A stretch of DNA of 64,000 bases from an uncultured Gemmatimonadaceae bacterium. GTDB taxonomy: Bacteria; Gemmatimonadota; Gemmatimonadetes; Gemmatimonadales; Gemmatimonadaceae. This document shows, one piece after another, positions 23,954 to 37,204 of the stretch. The position numbers and the translations under genes were made by a program. Under the pieces are notes generated by a model. That model was not told the DNA's origin. It worked only from the letters and a program-made list of their open reading frames with translations, and ran no database searches. The number at the start of each line of letters is the position of its first letter. The first letter of the stretch is position 1. The DNA lies in assembly GCA_963716745.1 (NCBI GenBank), contig OY970320.1:864001-928000 (forward strand), given 5' to 3'.

Positions 23954-24052
23954 GGCATGACAACACATTCCTATAACGACTTCGCGCAGTGTCGTGATGG
24001 AATTTGTTGTCATGCCACATCGGCTCCCGGCAATCGGCTCCCGGCCGTTCAG
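23918..24052. repeat. Family A palindrome, divergent copy (GGGAGCCGA variant)
   Basis: CTGAACGGCCGGGAGCCGATTGCCGGGAGCCGAT...ATCGGCTCCCGGCAATCGGCTCCCGGCCGTTCAG. Confidence 0.9.
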
Positions 24053-24055
24053 CAG

Positions 24056-25712
24056 TCAGCCCGCTCCGATCGCGTCGCCTACGATCGCCTGCGCCTCGGC
24101 GACGATCCTCTCCAAATGCCCGTCGCCCTTGAAACTCTCCGCATAGATCTTGTAAATGTCTTCCGTCCCCGACGGCCTCGCCGCGAACCATCCTGACGCC
24201 GTATTCACGCGCACGCCGCCGATCGGTGCGTCATTCCCGGGCGCACGATCGATCACGCGATCGATCTTCTCCCCCGCCAATTCCCTGGCGTGCACATCCT
24301 TCGCGGAAAGTTTGCCGAGCCGCGCGCGCTGGTCGGCCGTCGCGGGCGCATTCGATCCGCGTGCTCACCGGCGCGCCGATCTCGCGCGTGAGCTCGTCAT
24401 ACAGCTGGCCCGGGTCCCGCCCGGTGCGCACGGTGATCTCCGCCGCGAGCAGCCCGGCGACGATCCCGTCCTTGTCCGTGGTCCACACCTCGCCGTTCCG
24501 GCGCAGGAACGTCGCACCCGCGCTCTCCTCCCCCACGAATCCGAGCGAGCCGTCTGCGAGCCCGTCCACGAACCACTTGAAGCCCACGGGCACTTCGAAC
24601 AATCGCCGCCCGAGCCGCGCCGTCTCGCGATCGATGGTCGCGCTGCTCACAACGGTCTTCCCTACCCCAACCGCCGCTCCCCACGCGGGACGGTGCGTGA
24701 ACAGGTAGTCGATGGCCGCCGTGAGATAATGGTTCGGCGGCAGCAGTCCGGCGCTCTTCGTCACGATGCCGTGCCGGTCATGATCGGTGTCGCACGCGAA
24801 CGCCACATCGAACCCGTCCTTGAGCGCGATCAGCCGCTGCATCGCGTACGGCGACGACGGATCCATCCGAATGCGACCATCCCAATCCAGCGTCATGAAA
24901 CGGAACGTCTCGTCCACTGCATCGCTCACGACGGTGAGATCCAGGTCGTAGCGCTCCGCAATGACTGGCCAGTAGTGCACGCCCGCGCCGCCGAGCGGAT
25001 CGACACCAATGCGGATCGCGCCGCGACGGATGACGCTCATGTCCACCACGTTCTCGAGATCGCGCACGTACGCATCGCGATAGTCGTAGCGATGCGTCGT
25101 CGGCTGCCGTCAGCGCGCTGGCGTGCGGCACGCGCTTCACGCCCGAGAGCGAGCTCTCGAGCAGTTCGTTCGCGCGTTTGCCGATCCAGTCCGTGACCGC
25201 CGTGGCCGCCGGCCCGCCGCTCGGCGGATCGTACTTGAAGCCGCCATCTTCCGGCGGATTGTGCGACGGCGTGATCACGATGCCATCCGCGAGTCGCGTC
25301 GCGCCGCCCGCTGTTGTACGCGATGATCGCATGCGACACGACCGGCGTCGGCGTGAACTCGTCCCCCTCGGCGAGCATCACATCCACTCCGTTCGCCCGC
25401 CAACACCTCCAGCGCGGAGGCGCACGCCGGCGCCGAGAGCGCGTGGGTGTCGAAGCCCATGAACAACGGGCCGTTCGTGCCCTGCGCGCGGCGATACTCG
25501 CAGATGGCCTGCGTGATCGCCAGGATGTGCCACTCGTTGAATGCGCGATCGAACGAGGAACCCCGGTGCCCGGAAGTCCCGAACGCCACGCGCTGCGCCG
25601 GCACGCCGGGATCGGGCCGCTCGGAGTAGTACGCGGTCACGAGCTTCGCGACGTCCACGAGCATCCCGGGCGCCGGCAGTTTGCCGGCGAGCGGACTGAT
25701 CCCCGCGCTCAT
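24056..25712 (-). CDS. pgm: Phosphoglucomutase (several frameshifts)
   Basis: [54 protein letters not shown] spread over 4-5 ORF fragments. Confidence 0.92.
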
Positions 25713-28700
25713 TTGCCGAGTACGACGCGCACGTGATGCGTACCGCCGGTGCACACGATCGGGATGCCGGCCTTCGGATCGGCCGCGGCGCCATCCACTT
25801 CGAGCACGGATACCCCGCGCGACACTCCCTGCGGATTCTCTACCGTGATCTCATAGCGTGACTCGCCGGCGCGGAACGTCATCGTGTACCGCGGCCACGC
25901 CGTGGGGATGCACGGATCGATCACGAGCCGGTCGCCGCGCACACGCAGGCCGAGCATCCACTCGATGCCCGCACGATAGAGCCAACCCGCCGAGCCCGTG
26001 TACCAGCTCCATCCGCCGCGGCCGGAGTGCGGATCGGCGTAGACATCGCCGGGCACCGCGTACGGCTCGATCCGGTAGCGATGCACGCCCGCGGCCGTTG
26101 CCGCGCGGCGCACGGGATTGAGCATGGCCATGAGCTGCGCCGCGCGATCGCCTTGCCCAAGCTCGGCGAATGCGATCACCGCCCACGCCGCGGCGTGCGT
26201 GTATTGTCCGCCGTTCTCGCGCACGCCCGGCACGTAACCCTTGATGTACCCGGGCTCGAGCGGTGTGCGGTCGAACGGCGGCGTGAGCAGCAGCACGAGC
26301 TGATCCTCTTCGCGTACGAGCTTCTCACTCAGCGATCGCATGGCGCGCTGCGCGCGTTCACGCGGTGCCGCTCCCGAGATCACGGACCACGTTTGCGCGA
26401 TGGAATCGATCTCGCACGCATCCGCGCCCTTGGTTCCCAGCGGCGTGCCGTCGTCGAAATAGGCGCGACGGTACCACTCGCCGTCCCACCCTTCGCGCTC
26501 GGCGGCGCCGGCCAGCATGTTCGCGTGCGAACTCCACGCTTCGGCACGCGTGTGCTCCCCGCGCGCGGTCGCGATCGAGGCCCATTTCGTGAGCACGACG
26601 TGCAGGAACCACGCCATCCACACGCTCTCGCCCTGTCCCATTGCGCCGACGTTATTCATCCCGTCGTTCCAGTCGCCTGTGCCCATGAGCGGCAGTCCGT
26701 GCGAGCCCACCGAAAGACTCCGGTCGATCGCGCGCGCGCAGTGCTCGAAGATCGTGGCGCGCTGGTCGGAGACGCGCGGCTCGAAGTACGATTCGAACTG
26801 ACCGGCGGTGAGCACCGGCCCCTCGATGAACGCCGCCTGCTCGTCGAGCAGCTTGGTATCGCCGCTCACGCTCATGTAGTGCTCGGCGACATACGGCAGC
26901 CAGAGCAGATCATCCACGATGCGCGTACGCACGCCGCGTCCCGTACGCTCGTGCCACCAATGCTGCACGTCGCCTTCCACGAATTGCCGGCCGGCAGCGC
27001 GCACGATCTGTTCGCGCGCGAGGTCGGGGCGCGCCACCGCGACCGCCATCACGTCCTGGAGCTGGTCCCGGAATCCGTACGCACCGCTCGCCTGGTAGAA
27101 GCCGGTGCGCGCCCACAACCGGCTCGCGACGGTCTGATACAGGAGCCAGCGATTGAGCATGATGTCCAGCGCGCGGTCGGGCGTCTCCACCTGCACCGTG
27201 CCGAGCAGTTTATCCCACACGCCGAGCGTTTCGGCGAGACTCGCACTGGGGTCCGCGGCGCGCTGGCGCTGCACCACTGCGCGCGCCTCTTCGGCGTTCT
27301 CCCCTTCTCCGAGGAGGAAGACCACCGTGCTCTCCGCACCCTCGGCGAGATCCATCGTGGTCTGCAGGGCGGCGCATGGATCGTACGCCGCCCCGATGCG
27401 TCCCGAGAGGCGATCGCCGCGCACGAGCGCGAGCGGCCGCGCGATGGATCCGTTGCGCCCAATGAATTCCGTGCGATCCCCGGTCACCGAGGTCTGCGCG
27501 CCTGCGAGATCGGCGAACGCCACGCAGTCGCCGAAGTCGGTGTTCCACGCATTGCGCGCGAAGATCGCACCCGTGGTCTCATCGATCTCGGTGACGACGA
27601 AGGGCGCCGAGCCGCTGCGCGATTGCGCCAACACCCATTGCACGAAGGCGGTGACCGACAATCGCCGCGCGCGTCCCGACGTGTTCCGCAGTGTGAGGCG
27701 CGCGATCTTCACGGGATCGGCCGCCGGCACGAATTGCACGAGTTCCAGCGCAATGCCGTGCGCGTCATAGGTGTGCTTCGTGTACCCATGACCGTGCCGC
27801 GCGACGTACTCGCCCTGCGGCTCGCGGATCGGCAGCGGTGTGGCGCTCCAGAATTCGCCGGAATCCTCGTCGCGAATGTACAGCACGTCGCTGGGCGCGT
27901 CGGTCACGGGGTCGTTGGACCACGGGCTGAGCTGGTTCGCTTGGCTGTTCCGCGACCAGGTCATGCCCGACCCCGATTCCGACACGAGGCACCCGAAGCG
28001 CCCATTCGCGATCACGTTCACCCAGGGCGCGGGTGTCCACACGCCCGGCCCGAGTTGAGTCACGTACTCGCGTCCCGAGGCCGCGAAGCCGCCGGTACCG
28101 TTCGCGAACTCGAGATCCTCACGTGCCGCCGCGGGCGGCGGCTCGCGCACGGCATCGCGGTCTTCATCGGTCACGGGCTCCGGCAACAGCGCGCGTATAT
28201 TGCTCACCGGCACGGGCTCGCTGCGGTACGCGCGCGCCACCTGTTCCGCGAGCGGACCGCGACGGCTCGAGAGCTCGATGCGCGCCACACTCTCGAGCAC
28301 TTCCTGCTGGGCCGCCGTCATCTGGTCGGAGCGCATCGTGAAGATCCGGCCCTCCGCGGCGCTTGTGTCGGGCGCCGTCGTGGACTTGCTCGTGCGCACC
28401 AGCGTGTCGAGCAGCGTCTGCAGGTCTTGGAGGTATGACGGCGCGCGGTCGTTGAGAATGACGAGGTCCACCGCCAGGCGCTTCATGCGCCAGTACGCAT
28501 GCGCTTTCAGCAGCTGGCGCACGATGCCCACATCGTCCGCCGCATCGATCTTCACCAGCACGATCGGCAGATCGCCCGAGATGCCGTGCACCCAGAGCGC
28601 CGCGTTGGAGCCGGACTGGTGCGTGCGCGCGGCCGCCGTCGCGACCAGCGCGCGGTCGGCATAGAGGATGGATCCCGCGAGCGTCTGGAACAGATGCGCT

Positions 28701-31700
28701 TCCATCGCGTCGATGCCGAGGTGATGCAGCTGCACCTGCGACTGCGTCCATGCGAGCGTGGCCGCGCGCTCGAACGTGGTGACGTCGTGGTACTTGTCGG
28801 CGAGATCGAGCGCCTCGTCGCGCTTGCCGGCCACGAGCGTGGAGAACGCGACGTGTACCGTGCGCCCGGGGCGGATGCGTATGCGGCGGCGCAGGCTCAC
28901 GATCGGATCGAGCACCGCGCCCGCGCTGTTCGACAAGTGATGTCCCTCTTCCTCCGCCATCGCATGGCGCAGATCGCGCCCGCGTCCGAGGAACAAAGCA
29001 CGGTCGGTCTCCCACTGCAGATCGCCCACCGTCTCCCCTTCCACGGCCATCACGTGCGCCAGCCATACCTCGGTGTCGCTTGGCGAGCGGCGCCGGCGCG
29101 TGACGAGCAACGTGTCGCGCTCGGGCACGGCCTCGGTCTGCACGAAAAGGTTCGAGAACGCCGGGTGCGCGTTGTCGGCCGCCGCCGGCGCCAGCACGAC
29201 CTCGGCGTACGAGGTCACGTCGAGTTCGCGCGTGCGTCCACCGGAGTTCGTGATCGACACGCGGCGCACTTCCGCGTCGTCTTCACTCGAGACGATCACC
29301 TCGAGGCGCGTCGTGATCGCGCCGTCGCGCCGCGTGAATTCGGCGCGATCCTCGGTGAACGCCACCTCGTAGCTCTCGGGCGCGGCCGCCGACGGCTGGA
29401 AGCCGGCGCTCCAGCGCTCGCCGCTCGCCGCGTCGCGGATGAGCACGTACGATCCCATGTCGTCGCACGTCGCGTCCGGGCGCCAGCGCGTCACGGCGAT
29501 ATCGCGCCAGTGGCTGTAGCCCGAGCCCGCCGTGCTCATCATCACGGCGTAGCGCCCATTGCTCAGCAACTGGGTGCGCGGCGCCCCGGTTTGCGGCGTT
29601 TCATAGAATCGCGTGCGCGGCGACACGAGTTCGCGAATGTCCGCCACCGCGAGATTCGCGTCCGCGCGCGGCCGCGCCACGGGCACATCGCGCGGCGTGC
29701 GCTCCTGCAGCAGCAGTTCGGTGGCGCGCACCATTGGCTCGGCGTGGAAGCGGTCCTGCATGCGGCCGCGATGCAGCGCGTTCCCGATCGCGACGATCGC
29801 CATCGCCTGATGATGCGCCATGTACATGCGCACCACTTCGCGCGTTTCCCCTTCGGGCAATCGCGCGGGCGTGTAATCGATCGACTCATAGAAGCCGTAC
29901 TCGCCGTCGCCGCCCTGCGCGGCGAGGGCGCGCAGATTCTCCAATGCGGAGCGCGGATCGAACTGCGCCGCGAGCGCACTCGCGTAGGGCGCGATCACGA
30001 TGTCGTCGCCCAGCCCGCGGCGGAAGCCGAGTCCGGGCACGCCGAAGCTCGCGTACTGGAAGGTCATGCCGAGGTCGCGCGCGAAGTAGCCCGACTCCGA
30101 GACGCCCCACGGCGTACCGCGCTCCTCGCCGTAGTCCATCTGCCGCTGCACCACGAGGCGCGACGTCTGTTCCAACAGGCTGCCCGGCGGCGTGCGCATG
30201 ACGAGCGCCGGCATGAGATACTCGAACATCGATCCCGCCCACGACATGAGCACCGAGTCGCGGCGCACCGGCGTGAGCAGCCGGCCCAGGCGGAACCAGT
30301 GGCGGGCCGGCACGTCGCCCTTGGCGATGGCGATGAAGCTGAGCAATCGCGCTTCGGACGCGAGCAGGTCGTAGCGACTGTCGTCGAGCGCGCGGTCGGT
30401 CATGCGATAACCGATCGCGAAGAGCATGCGCGACGGATCGAACAGGAATCTGAAATCCTGCTCGGCGACCGCGACGCGTGCGGCCGCCGCTTGTGCCTCG
30501 AGCCGGACGCGCAGCGCGTCGATCGCGGCCGCGCTGCGCTCCAGCGCCGAGGCGAGCGCATCGATGCTGCGCAACCGGCCGGCGTTCGCCTCGCCGTCCA
30601 CGACGAGTTCGGCGCGCACCGTGGCCACATCGCTGAGCGCCGCGGCGCACATCGCGGGCACCTCGGCCAGCGGAAGGTCCGGCGTGAATCGTGCGAGCGC
30701 CGGCGCGGCCGCGTCGTCCACGCGCAGACGGCACCACGGGAGCAACGTGTCGAGATCGCGGTCGTGCGTGGCCACCGCGTCGCGCAGCGCGGCGGCGCAC
30801 GACGTGATCGATCGCGGCGACTCCTGGGGCTGCGCGCCGGCCGCATCGCGCGCGCGATCGCTCACGGTGCGCGCCGCCGCCTCGAGTTCAGCGATGCGCG
30901 TGGCGTAGGCGATCGTGCCGGTGGGGGCGTCGGTGAGCAATGTGCTGAACACGCCGAGCGCGGCGTCGAGGCGCTCGAGCGAGCGCTCGTTCCCATCGCC
31001 TTCGTGACGCGCCTGCTCTACCGCCTCGCGCAACAGCAACACCGCATTGGCGATGCCCGAGAGCCGCGCGACGCCGCGAGCGCCGTCGCGCAGCAGCGCG
31101 TCGCAACCATTCGCCACTGCGATCAGCGAGCCCGCGAGATTGCCGCTGTCCACGCTCGACACATAGCGCGGCTCGAGCGCCTGCGCGGTGATCGTGTCGT
31201 ACCAGTTGAAGAGATGGCCGCGATACGTTTCGAGCGACTTGGTCGCGGCCAGTGTCGCCTCCAGGCGGTCCACGGCATCGAGCGTTCCGACCCAACCGAA
31301 GTCGTGCGCCGAGAACACCGAGAGGAGATAGAGTCCGATGTTCGTGGGCGAAGTGCGCGTCGTGACGACCGGGCGCGGCGTCTCCTGGAAATTGTCCGGC
31401 GGCAGCGAATGGTTCCCCGGCGTCACGAACGTCGCGAAGTAGTTCCACGTGCGCCGCGCGATGAGCCGCAGCGCGCGCGCATCCTCTTCGTCGATGTCGC
31501 CCGCGGCGACGGCGGGCAGCGGCCGGCTCAGCCACCACGCGACACCGGGCGCGAACAGCCAGAGCAGCAGGAAGGGCGCCGCGAGCGGCGCGGATGCGGG
31601 CTGCACGAGCAGCACGGCGATCGCCGCGGCCACGGTGATCGCCACCGAGCCCGCCATGCGCCGGTAGAATCCGGGGATCGCACGCGGCGCGCGCGCGGCC

Positions 31701-34454
31701 GCGATGCCGGACGCACGCCACTCGAGCAGATGCCGGTGCGACACGCCGAGCCGCCAGAGCGTGCGCACGATCGCGTGCATCATGAGCCACGCCCCGTTCG
31801 CGATCGTCACCACCTGCAGGCCGATCTGATCCGTCGCGGCCGCGAAGTCGCGAAGCACCGCGCGCACGTGGCTGCGCTTGGAGATGCCGGACATCCGCGG
31901 CCAGATGCCGGCGATCGCGGGAATGAGCGGCGGCACGGCGAGCACGGTGAGAATGAACGCCGTCCAGAGCGCCGGCATCGCGTCGGGCCAGAGCCAACAC
32001 GCGAGCAATAAGCAGAATGCCGACGGGCTGCTCAGCGTGCGGCGCAGATTGTCCAGCATCTTCCAGCGGTGGATGAGCGGGAAGCGCTCTCCCAGGATCC
32101 ATGGCAGCAGTTGCCAATCGCCGCGTGCCCAGCGGTACTGCCGCCCGGCGGCCGACAGATAGTTCGCCGGCGCGCTCTCGAACAACTCCACATCGGTCAC
32201 GAGCCCGGAGCGCGCGAAGAGTCCCTCGAACAGATCGTGGCTGAGCAGCGTGTTCTCGGGCACGCGCCCTTCGAGTGCCGCCTCGAACGCGTCCACGTCG
32301 TAGATGCCCTTGCCCGTGTACGATCCCTCGGCGAACAGATCCTGGTACACATCGCTCACCGCGCCGGCGTACGGGTCCACACCGGTGGGTCCCGAGATCA
32401 TGCGCTGGAAGTGCGATCCGCCGCGCCCGGGCAGCGGCGCCGTCACGCGTGGCTGCAACACCGCATATCCCTCCACCACGCGGCGCGACGCCGGATCGAT
32501 GCGCGGGCGGTTGAGCGGATGCATGATCGTGCCTACGAGACGCCCCACCGCGCCGATGGGAATGCGCGTGTCGGCATCGAGCGTGACGACGCATCGTACG
32601 CCCTGCGGCGCGCCGCCCTCTATGGGCAGGAAGGTCGTGTCGGTGGCGCCGCGCAGTAGACGGTTCAGCTCGTGCAGCTTGCCGCGCTTCCGTTCCCAGC
32701 CGATCCACGCGCCTTCGCTCTCGTTCTTCATGCGGCGGCGGTGCGCGAGCAAGAAACGCGCACCGCCGCCGGGCGCGGGGCCGTGCCGCGCATTGAGCCG
32801 CGCAATGCCCTCGCGAGCCGCCGCGAGAATGGCGGCGTCCCCGGGCATCTGCTCGCTCGGCGCATCGTGGAAGTCGGAGACGAGCGCGTAGTACACATCG
32901 CCTTCGGCGTTGGCGATGAAGTGCACTTCGAGCCGCTCGATCTGTTGCCGCGCGTCCTCCGGGGACGCCAGAAGCGTCGGCACGGCCACAAGCGTGCGGG
33001 CGTTCTCCGGGATCCCGGTTTTCCATTGGAGGCGCGGCAGCAGGCCCGGCATGACGATGGTCGTGATCAGCCGGTTGAGCACGGCGACCGCGAGATCCGA
33101 TGCGGGCACGAGCGCCAGCGCGCCCAGCAGGATGAGGCCGCCAAGTGACACGCCCGCCTGCGCCGAGAGCAGGAGCGGCGCGGCGATGATGGCTGCGGTC
33201 GCCAGGAAGAGCGACCCGAGGTACACGGGCGCCGCGCCATCCAGCAGCATGCGTCGCGCGCGCACGCCGAGCGCGGGACGATGTCCGATGAGCCGCTCGA
33301 ACGCGCGGCGGCCGTTGCCGAGCAGGTAGTAGCCGGGGTCGGCACGCCGCGCGTCGGCATCGGGCGACGGAGTCGCGGTGCGCGACGCCTTCGCCTGCTC
33401 GAGCGCCTGCTGCGCGACGCCGAGCTCCGTGAGCGGACAGCGGCGTGCGAGCGCCTCGATGGCATGGCGGTACCGGTCGCGGCTCACGAAGTCCATCGCG
33501 CCGAAGTCGCTGCCTTCGCGCAGCGCATCGTCCACGAGGCTTACGCTCTCGAAGAACGATGTCCAGTCGATGGCCGACATCAGCCGCATGCTCACGATGA
33601 TATTCCGCACCGTGACCGTCATCGCGGCCTGGCGGCGGTGGTCGAGCTGCGCGATCTCCTCGGCCGTGGTGCCCTGCGCCGCGAGCCGCTCGCGCAGCCA
33701 GACGAGCGCCGGCGTGACGGCCGGATCGCGGTCGCGCAGGCGCTGCACGAGCTCTACGGCGAACGCCGTAACGAGCCGCGGGCTGTCGTCGCGCGACATG
33801 AGATCGGCGAGCGACACAGCGCCGCGCGCGCTCAGCCCCAGCAATTCATCGGCGAGCGCGTCGGCCTGGAGCCGCGCCTCGCGGCTGCGCGCGATCGCGT
33901 CGGCCACGCGCCGCAGATTCTCCACGAGCACCACGCGCAGCGAGATCGCCACGGCCCAGAGTTCGCCGATCGTGAGCGGCTGCACGCGCTGGTATGCGCG
34001 GATGAAACGGCGCAGCGCCTCGGGATCGAACCGGCTGTCGGTGTGCGCCACGAACGCCCACGCGATGCCGAACACGCGCGGGAAGCCTTCGAGATGGCCC
34101 TCCGCGAGCGTGGGCAGTTCGCGGTAGTAGCCCGGGCGGCAGATCCGCGCGGATCTCGCGCAGCTGCTCGTCCACGACGAAGAAATTATCGAGGAGCCAC
34201 TCGGCGGCGGGGGTGATCCACCGCTCTTCCTTCACCGCGTCGGCGATCGCGCGATTCACCCCGCGAAGCACTCTCCCATTCTCCTCGACGCGCGGCAATA
34301 GCGGCTGCCGCGGCGAGTCGCCCTTGTGCACGAGCTGCGCCGCCGCGAGCGACTCGGCGTGCTGCTCGAGTCGCTCTATGCCGAACAGCTCCGCGCGGAT
34401 CGGTTCGTCGAGCGGCGGGAGCGAAGGAAAGAAGATCGGGATCGGGAGACGCAC
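25709..34454 (-). CDS. ndvB: Cyclic beta-1,2-glucan synthase NdvB/ChvB-like (GT84 + glucoamylase-like + GH94), frameshift ~34135
   Basis: ~2900 aa; [77 protein letters not shown]. Confidence 0.88.
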
Positions 34455-34538
34455 GATTCCTTTCTTAATGCGGGTGAGACATGGATATCCTTTTCCTCTC
34501 GAACTCTAGTCGGCTGACGGGCCACGCGGGAGGTACGG

Positions 34539-34650
34539 CGCGGGAAGCGGGAAGCGGGAAGCGGGAAGCGCCGCGGGATGCGAGAAAGGCGCGCGGAGAC
34601 TACGCGCCCTTCTCCGATCCCGCGGCGCTTCCCGCTTCCCGCTTCCCGCG
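34539..34650. repeat. Family G heptamer palindrome (CGGGAAG)n
   Basis: (CGGGAAG)x4-CGCCGCGGGA...TCCCGCGGCG-(CTTCCCG)x3. Confidence 0.88.
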
Positions 34651-34696
34651 TCCGACAGTCTCTTGCGCCCGCCGGCCTCTCGGAACACAATGCCTC

Positions 34697-35347
34697 ATGG
34701 GAATCGCCCCGCCCCCGAAGGAGACTCCAGAGGTCATCGCCTACCAGCAGCTCCGGCTGGTGATCGGGATCCTCGGCCTCGCGCTGCCGATCGTCGTGCC
34801 CATTGGGGCCGCGATCGCGCATTTCCCGCTCCAGAGCTCGCTCAGCAGCTATTACTACACGAACATGGGCGACGTTTTCGTGGGGACGCTGTGCGCGATC
34901 GGCGTGTTCCTGTTCTCGTACAAGGGCTACAGCGACGATAAGGGCGCGCCGGGAAAATGGGCGTGTCTGTTCGCGATCGGCGTCGCGCTCTTCCCCACCG
35001 ATCCCGTGTGTCCCGCCGGTTGCGGCCCGCCGCACCAGTTCAGCGTGCACCTCTTCTTCGCGACCCTGCTCTTCCTCACGCTCACGTATTACTCCGGCGT
35101 GCTCTTCCGGAAGAGCGACCCCGCGGCCACGCCCACGCCACGAAAGATCCTGCGCAACAAGATCTATCTTGTGTGCGCGATCGCAATGGGGCTCAGCATC
35201 GCGCTCATCGCGCTCTGGATCTTCGTGCTCGAGGCGAAGCTGCCGCAGGTCGAGCCGGCACAGCCGGTGTTCTGGCTGGAGGCGATCGCGATCGTCGCCT
35301 TCGGATTCTCCTGGCTCACGAAGAGCGAAGTGATCCTGCCGGGCTAG
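34697..35347 (+). CDS. Membrane protein (DUF998-like)
   Basis: LRLVIGILG, SLSSYYYT, FVGTL, FWLEAIAIVAFGFSWLTK; about 6 TM helices. Confidence 0.7.
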   Translation: MGIAPPPKETPEVIAYQQLRLVIGILGLALPIVVPIGAAIAHFPLQSSLSSYYYTNMGDVFVGTLCAIGVFLFSYKGYSDDKGAPGKWACLFAIGVALFPTDPVCPAGCGPPHQFSVHLFFATLLFLTLTYYSGVLFRKSDPAATPTPRKILRNKIYLVCAIAMGLSIALIALWIFVLEAKLPQVEPAQPVFWLEAIAIVAFGFSWLTKSEVILPG

Positions 35348-36615
35348 CGCGGCGCGCGCCCGCGCGCTTCATCGATTCGAAGGCCCCATCGTCCGCCCTC
35401 GCTACGAATGCGGAGGTTCCGGTACTTCACCAGGTACCGCACGCCCACGGCGGCCGCGGCGAAGCCCGACGCGGCGCCAACCGCCACTCCCCATCGCGGA
35501 CCGAACGTGTCCGCCACCCAGCCGACGATCGGCGCGCCGAGTGGCGTGCCGCCGAGCATTACGGCGAGCAGGATCGCGATCACGCGCCCGCGCATCGCCG
35601 GCTCGGTGGTGAGTTGCACGGTGCCATTCACCGTGGTCGTCACGGTCTGCGCCGACGCGCCGGCGAAGATCAGCGTGAGTCCGAACAGGTAATAGTCCGG
35701 CATCAGCGCGCCCACCGCGCAGCTCACACCGAACACCGCCGCTGCCATTGTGAGCACACCCGGACGCCGGCGCTCCCGCCCCGCGGCGAGCAGCGCGCCC
35801 AATACTGAACCGAACGCCATGGTGGATGTGAGCACGCCGTACTCACCGGCCCCCGCGTGGAACACGCTCACGCTCATCGTCGAGATGTAGATCGGGAAAT
35901 TGAGACCGAACGTGCCGACAATGAACACCATCGCGAACAGCGTCTTGAGGTCCGGACGGTTCCACACATAGCGGAATCCCTCGAGCAGACTGCCCGGCGT
36001 CCGCGGCGCACGCACGCTCAGGTGCAGTTCGTTCACGCGGATCGCCAGGAGCGAGATGATCACCGCGACGAAGCTCACCGCATTGATGATGAACACCCAA
36101 CCCGACCCCACCGCCGCGATGAGTACGCCGGCCACCGCCGGTCCGATCATGCGCGCGGCGTTGAACGACGTGGAGTTGAGCGCCACCGCGTTGGGCACGT
36201 ACTCCTCGATCACCAGTTCCGACACGAATGTTTGCCGAACCGGCGCGTCGAAGGCGCTCACGGTACCCAGCAGGAACGCGAACGCGTACACGTGCCACAG
36301 TTGGACGACGCCCGTGATCGTGAGCACGCCAAGCGCGAGTGCGAGGAGGCCCAGCGAAGATTGCGTCGCCAGCAGCAGCTTGCGACGGTCGAGATGGTCA
36401 GCTGCGTATCCGGTGATCGGCAGGAACAGCACCTGCGGCCCGAACTGCAGCGCCATCACGATGCCCACGGCCGTCGCGTTGTTGTGCGTGAGCTGCGTGA
36501 GCACCAGCCAGTCCTGCGCGATACGCTGCATCCATGTGCCGACGTTCGACACGATGCCGCCCGCCATCCACACGCGATAGTTGAATCCGCTCAGCGAGCG
36601 GAAGGTGCTCCGCAC
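35344..36615 (-). CDS. MFS transporter
   Basis: SNVGTWMQRIAQDWLV, ADHLDRRK, NAVALNSTSFNAARMIGP; about 12 TM helices. Confidence 0.92.
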   Translation of the reverse strand: MRSTFRSLSGFNYRVWMAGGIVSNVGTWMQRIAQDWLVLTQLTHNNATAVGIVMALQFGPQVLFLPITGYAADHLDRRKLLLATQSSLGLLALALGVLTITGVVQLWHVYAFAFLLGTVSAFDAPVRQTFVSELVIEEYVPNAVALNSTSFNAARMIGPAVAGVLIAAVGSGWVFIINAVSFVAVIISLLAIRVNELHLSVRAPRTPGSLLEGFRYVWNRPDLKTLFAMVFIVGTFGLNFPIYISTMSVSVFHAGAGEYGVLTSTMAFGSVLGALLAAGRERRRPGVLTMAAAVFGVSCAVGALMPDYYLFGLTLIFAGASAQTVTTTVNGTVQLTTEPAMRGRVIAILLAVMLGGTPLGAPIVGWVADTFGPRWGVAVGAASGFAAAAVGVRYLVKYRNLRIRSEGGRWGLRIDEARGRAPR

Positions 36616-36623
36616 GTTGGGGC

Positions 36624-37178
36624 TCAGGCGCCGAGGAGGGCGATGATCTCCTGCGTCGTGCCGGTCTCGCCGAGCCGCGGGAAGATGCGCGTGAGGCTAT
36701 TCGTATGCGCGTCGAGATTGAGATCGGTCATGGCATCGGTGGCGAGCGTGACATTGAATCCGAACTCGAACGCCTGTCGCGCGGTGGATTCGACGCCGAT
36801 GCTCGTCGAGATGCCGCAGAGCACAATTTGCGTCACGCCGAGGCGCTGCAGCAGCGCGAGCAGTTCGGTATTCGTGAAGGCGCCCCACGTGCGTTTCGTG
36901 ATCGTGTGATCGCTCGACTGCTGATTCAACTCCGGCACGAGCTCCGACCAATCGGCGGGTCGGCCGGCGGTCGGGCGCGCTTGCTCCACCCGCCCCGGCG
37001 CGCCGCCGGTGACATTCACGAGGATCACCGGCTTCTTCGCCGCGCGAAAGGCCTCGGCCAGTATAGCGGAATACTTTACGATCGTGGCCGACGGGTGCGC
37101 GGTGTTCGCCGAGACAATGCCCTTTTGGAGGTCGATGACGACGAGGGCTGTCTTGGGATCGAGTTGGGTGATTGGCAT
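36624..37178 (-). CDS. Isochorismatase-family hydrolase
   Basis: TALVVIDLQKG, ITKRTWGAF, GISTSIGVESTARQA. Confidence 0.88.
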   Translation of the reverse strand: MPITQLDPKTALVVIDLQKGIVSANTAHPSATIVKYSAILAEAFRAAKKPVILVNVTGGAPGRVEQARPTAGRPADWSELVPELNQQSSDHTITKRTWGAFTNTELLALLQRLGVTQIVLCGISTSIGVESTARQAFEFGFNVTLATDAMTDLNLDAHTNSLTRIFPRLGETGTTQEIIALLGA

Positions 37179-37204
37179 ACAGAATTCTATACGAGGGAGA
37201 GCGA

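Noticed and set aside
26027..32011. Long antisense ORFs (803 aa, 1170 aa) and similar ORFs elsewhere
   Set aside because: Shadow ORFs opposite real genes in high-GC DNA; Arg/Ala-rich with no recognisable motifs
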